Part shown: one piece after another, positions 58,556 to 64,000 of the stretch
How the letters are laid out: each line of letters begins with the position of its first letter
How positions within the stretch are numbered: the stretch's first letter is position 1
NCBI RefSeq assembly: GCF_009914755.1
Contig: NC_060925.1
Source of the DNA: the human T2T-CHM13v2.0 reference genome, Homo sapiens
Direction: 5' to 3' (one strand)
DNA: 64,000 bases
Position numbers and translations under genes: made by a program
Notes under the pieces: generated by a model
What the model saw: only the letters and a program-made list of their open reading frames with translations
Databases searched by the model: none
Told to the model about the DNA's origin: nothing

Positions 58556-59253
58556 CTAGATTCAAAGAGAACAGAGAAACATTATTATCTATTTCTATAG
58601 CAACACATATTAGCATTAGAAAAGAAGATAAAAATATAGCCTTTGACTCCCCTCATTAATGGGATCTTTCAAGAATACACCGAAAGCATACGCCTTAGCT
58701 AGTGCAAAAGTGCTAAGAATTAATGTGCTATTCTCCTGTCCTGTTCAGTGTTCACTGTGAAGGAAGAGGAGGAGGTAACAGGATAAGAGGTCTGACTCAA
58801 GGCAGTGTGATGCCAATGCCCCAGGTGTGCTAGGGCTACCGGGGATGAGATGAGGAACAGAGGCACTGAGGGCAGAAGTCAGGAGGGGAAAATATGAGGG
58901 TCCCTTCTTCATGCAGCTACTGTTACCTGTTGGGGGAAAAGGCCAGAAACCAAACTCCATCTACATGAACACTCCATATGAAAGTATTTAAGACATGAAT
59001 AATCGGGGAGAGGTAAGAGAAAGGCATTTAATCATTCCGTAAGTTGAAAAACCCATTAAAATTAGAAAAGCACTTCTTTCAAACTGAGAACACAAGATGG
59101 TTGCTCTGCTTTTAAAATAAAGACAAAGGATCCTAACAGCTAATATCCTTAACGATAAAATTATTATCACTCATTATTAATTACAAGTCAGAGAACAGCA
59201 AGTATTTTAAACAAAATCAAAACACAAAGTACTTAATTTTAGAGATACTATAC

Positions 59254-59397
59254 CATTGTAAGCACACCCAGGAGACCAATGGGAATTGGATCTTGTTTTA
59301 TTCTCTCTGCGACCAGTTCTATTAATAGCATCAACATGTTGTAAATTCCTTCATGAATTTCAGTACCCCACTTGTGAACAGCACTTGATGTCAGGAG
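59254..59397 (-). CDS. USP24: USP24 exon ~4 (144 nt): LLTSSAVHKWGTEIHEG...DPIPIGLLGVLTM
   Basis: Acceptor tttatag|CTC, donor ATG|gtatag; phase 0 to 0. Confidence 0.94.
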
Positions 59398-59699
59398 CTA
59401 TAAAAACATAAAGGGCAATCTAGAGTCTAACTTGAAAAAAGAAAATAAATCTACAGTTTATCAAGTCCATCTCAAATAAGTGAGAGATTATGATGAAAAT
59501 ACTTTTTTATGTAGATGATTGGCTTTTAAAAGACCCATAGCTGTAGTTCATCTACTTGCCCATTTATTTCAAAGTCAATACAGAGTTTTGCTTTTGAATT
59601 TTAATTCTCTTGCATGAAAGCACTTTGTTTAAAAGAAAAATTTTATTTGGTCCTCTACTTTTCATAATTACAAGGGTAGGTCAAATGGTGCCGAGCAAG

Positions 59700-59895
59700 G
59701 TAAAAACCTGAGATCAATTCCAGTATTACTGTTTTCTAGCTGTGTGGCCTTGAACAAATTTACCTGAGTTCTCAACGGCTCAGTTCTCTTATCTCTAAAG
59801 AGGCATAACTCTTACCTACTTCATACAAATGTTATGAGGATTAAAAGATATAACAAATATAAAAGCATTTTATAAATGGTAAGGCATTATTAATA
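59700..59895 (+). mobile_element. MIR SINE
   Basis: ctagctgtgtggccttgaacaaattt...ctcagttctcttatctctaaa...gttatgaggattaaa. Confidence 0.65.
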
Positions 59896-60421
59896 TATCT
59901 TGATGGCTGGCTGTCCATATTAATATTTCTGGAACCTAAGAAATGAATGCTGTATTGCACGGATTCTAACATACATATCCTTTTAATATTTTTTAACATC
60001 TCAGAAATAGGATAATTTTTTTCTACCTGTTGACTAGATGACAGCAGGACTCAGAATGTGAAAAAAAATCTTAGAAATATCTTAACAGTTTATTTGGCTT
60101 ACATTTTCCTTTTTGGTATGTACAAAATAATATTTTTTTTTAATTGTTTAAGCAAATCTAAATTAGCTCTAAGTTTTAAGACATTAAACTGTTTACTTTG
60201 TAGCTATGTTTCTTAAACATAAAACATCAAATATAAAACAATGGTACAAATCTTATAATTAGATACTTTCTTAGATTCCCTAAAAAGTAGAGAAATTGAA
60301 TGCCCTTAATTCTCAGTCTTCTGGTCTTTGGGGAAGTGTAGAACAAGTGCCAGAACAAGAAATGAAAAATCAAAGGATTTCACTTAAATTGGTATGGTGG
60401 TTTCATGTTTTTGTAAGATTT

Positions 60422-60479
60422 TTCAAAGGGAAAATACTATGCAACAAATATTCAAAGGGAAAATACTATACAACAAAAA
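60422..60479. repeat. 29-bp tandem duplication
   Basis: ttcaaagggaaaatactat(g/a)caacaaa(t/a)a x2. Confidence 0.9.
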
Positions 60480-61679
60480 TTTCATCTTGGCTTCACTGAG
60501 AACCTCTTTAAAAAGAGCAGGCTGGAAGAGCCCAAACTGTAATAGCTGCAGAGAAAAACCTCGGTTCCAGATTTTCTAAATACTAATTAGCCGCACTACT
60601 TGCTCAAATTAGCAGAAGTCATAAGACTGATTTTATGTAAACCAGTAAGTTACTATTTTTTGCAGAATTTTTTTTGCCTGACTATATATTCCTCCTATAG
60701 TTAAAAATTAAATAATAAAGCAAAACAAAGCAGAGATTACCAATTAAGAAGCTTCAAGTGACTACAAAATAAAAATGTATGTGGATTAAGCAGCAATCCC
60801 TCTGGCACCATTCCATTTGCTCATTTTTCACTTTGAAAATGCAATTCTGCCTACATTCTAGAAGAGATAGGGAAAGGCAGGCAGTACCTTGTGAAGAAGA
60901 TGCACACAAGGTTTAAACATAACCATGCACTATGGTCAAACCTGAATTATCTTCTCTGCCTGAATACACTAGTAAAAATCCAGGCTAGCCTGAAGGTAAA
61001 AGGTGAAGAAGGTGGAAATGACAACAAAGCTCCTTTGTGCACCTTATTTATGTAATCACATATCATTCATACCCTTACTTCTAAAAGAAAATGTGTGACA
61101 GCTCGTGAGAAAAGCCTGGGGAATTGGGGAGAGGGATGGTCATCGAACCGAGAAACACAGCTAGGTAAGTAGTACCAATTATATCAAATCCTACTGAGTT
61201 TTCTGGCAGACAAGCCTAAAGGCACACAGAACTCTAGCTCTTCTGATTTAATAAAAGAAAGTATGCCTAATTGACGGGGAGGAGAACCTTTTTAATAGCT
61301 CTAAAGTGCAAGAGAATTTAATATTTTTACTTTAACAAAACTGAATAATATAAGGCATGGTACCTTTGTACTCACAGTTTTACAGAAAAATGACCAACCA
61401 TGTGACCATTTATTATACTGCTCCTAACAGCTGAAGGCATGAGACAAAACAGTTTTCTGAAGTATCTCTGTACAGAGTTAGAGTATTATATTCCAAATAT
61501 GCAACTTGCTGGTGAATGGACTGGATACACGGATTTCTGGATCTGGAGATCCTCAACCTTGAATAAGTCCTTTTCCACAACTCTGAATACACTTTTCCTT
61601 TTAAGTTTATGCATCCACTGTGATGTGTGTCACAGTATGTTACAATATAACAATTTTGCTATTTTTATTTTACTTTTTT

Positions 61680-61807
61680 TAAATTTTGTAGAGACAGGGG
61701 TCTCACTATGTTGCCCAGGCTGGTCTGAAACTCCTGGCCTCAAGATGTCCTCCCGCTTTTGGCCTCACAAAGTGCTGGGATTATAGTGCGAAGCACTGGG
61801 CCTAGCC
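61680..61807 (-). mobile_element. Alu monomer (FLAM-like)
   Basis: gtagagacaggggtctcactatgttgcccaggctgg...aaagtgctgggatta. Confidence 0.8.
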
Positions 61808-62061
61808 AATTTTGGATTTTTTAAAAGCTGCTGTAATTCTTAAAAGCTTAAAATTATTTTAAACTACAAACTGATGGATGAGCTAATCTAAAATGAAGAT
61901 AAATCTTCATTTCATATAATCTTTGCCCAAATGACAATTTGAAAAGATTTCTCCATTTTTTAAAAAATGAAGCTACTTTTGCTTCTAAAATTAATTATAT
62001 ATATATTTTTTAAGGCTTGAATCAAGGGAGATTCTGCCTACCAAAATGCAACTGGGAATAA

Positions 62062-62401
<340 letters not shown>

Positions 62402-62928
62402 TTAACTGGGTCTTAAGATAAACGCAAACATTACCCATCTGTAGTTCTAGTGACTTATTTACATATTGGACAAAAATGGGTGTCAAAATCCAGCAGTTAA
62501 GCCAGCAAAAGAATCATTCATTGCAACTTTTCTGAGCTCTTTCTATGAGCTAGGCACTTAGTTATATGCTGGGGGAAAGGGCAGTATGTTAACAGACACA
62601 GTCCTTGCTCTAATGAGGATTCAAGGCTCATCTGCTAAAAAGGGAGGCTGATTCAGTCTGTTTTTAGAAACACAATTCTTGTGATCTCCCATTCCCATTG
62701 TTAAGAAACACTGCTTTCTAAGAGATGTGACCCAAATGGAAGTAGGCATATCACTCTGGCTCTAATAGAGATGGTGCCTTATGCATGTCAGTGAGAATAC
62801 CTAGTCAATCTTTTAGTAGTTTAAAATGTCTTCTCCTGTCTCACACACTTAAAATGGCTCATATTTTGATAAGTGTATACTGTCTTTCTAAGTGCCACAA
62901 GCCTTTGTTTACTAATATGTGCAATATC

Positions 62929-62984
62929 CTAGTATAATTAAGTCTTAATCTATTAAGTCTAGTATAATTAAGTCTTAATCTATT
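62929..62984. repeat. Tandem duplication with 30-bp period
   Basis: ctagtataattaagtcttaatctatt repeated exactly, separated by aagt. Confidence 0.92.
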
Positions 62985-63251
62985 CTTTAGCAATTAAATA
63001 GTAGGAAGTATTTATTATTAATAAAAGTTATATTTAACCAAAGACACATACAGACAATATAAAAGAAGTAAATCATTTATAAGCCCCAAATTCAGAGTTC
63101 CGTTTTTCATATTAGAGGATTCCTCAGTTAAACAAGATTCATAAACTGGTCTTATACATAAAAAACTAAAATTAAAACAAAAAGCTTCTCTTCCTTCACC
63201 CTGCCCCCACCCCGACACACACAAAATATCACAGCAGCACATTTTTCTTAC

Positions 63252-63319
63252 CTTTTTAAATGCTTCAGGCATACACCTGTCCATAAACCTTCTACAATTC
63301 TCATCAGACTCGGAAAGAC
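63252..63319 (-). CDS. USP24: USP24 exon ~3 (68 nt): (G)LSESDENCRRFMDRCMPEAFKK
   Basis: Acceptor ttttactaag|GT, donor AAG|gtaaga; phase 1 to 0. Confidence 0.93.
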
Positions 63320-63409
63320 CTTAGTAAAATGCATGAAATAATATACTTTATTTAAGTCAGACTCAGAAAGACCTTAGTAAAATGAATGAAATAATACACG
63401 TTATTTAGG
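63304..63409. repeat. 53-bp tandem duplication overlapping the exon 3 acceptor
   Basis: tcagactcggaaagaccttagtaaaatgcatgaaataatatactttatttaag versus tcagactcagaaagaccttagtaaaatgaatgaaataatacacgttatttagg (5 mismatches). Confidence 0.95.
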
Positions 63410-63714
63410 TCTTTGGTAGTTCGTAAAAATCATATACATCATTCTAAATCCATACATATGGAACTATGTCATAGGAACCTTAGTTCTTACGAAATTATTA
63501 AAAGTAGAATATATACCTTTGATGAAGGAAAGGCTGAGAAATAACCATAGCATTAGATTAAATAAATACCAATTGAACTGAAATGATTGAACTTACATTT
63601 CCATGTCAGAGTAACTTCAATGATCTGATTAAATAGCTAATAAAACACCAACAGCAGCTACTTACTAGCCATTATTATTTCCCTAAAAAGTTCTATAGAA
63701 ACACAAATATTTTC

Positions 63715-64000
<286 letters not shown>

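Noticed and set aside
63304-63409. Tandem repeats as a CRISPR-like array
   Set aside because: Only two adjacent copies, no spacers, human intronic context.

Overview
Human (AluYb8 and AluYa5-type elements present) AT-rich genomic DNA lying entirely inside one multi-exon gene on the minus strand, USP24 (ubiquitin-specific peptidase 24). I traced 36 consecutive coding exons from 63319 down to 7479. They total 4018 nt, their phases join into one stop-free frame (GLSESDENCRRFMDRC...PTSIMRGVNQR), and by my recollection of the protein they are exons 3-38, about aa 164-1503, i.e. the N-terminal helical region and ubiquitin-like domain. The catalytic USP domain lies beyond the left edge. All introns are GT-AG except one 90-nt GC-AG intron. 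The introns hold many repeats: nested L1s with two young Alus at 1-6.5 kb, plus other Alu, L1, L2, MIR, MaLR/ERVL LTR and DNA-transposon remnants. I found no prokaryotic-type system, RNA gene, CRISPR array or independent protein-coding gene. The most interesting signals concern splicing regulation: a 53-bp tandem duplication that copies the exon 3 splice acceptor, a cryptic exon pair in intron 16, a weak GC-AG mini-intron, and inverted L1/Alu pairs flanking an exon block that would circularise into a stop-free frame. All are sequence-level hypotheses. Exon numbers and repeat subfamily calls are from memory, not from a database search.
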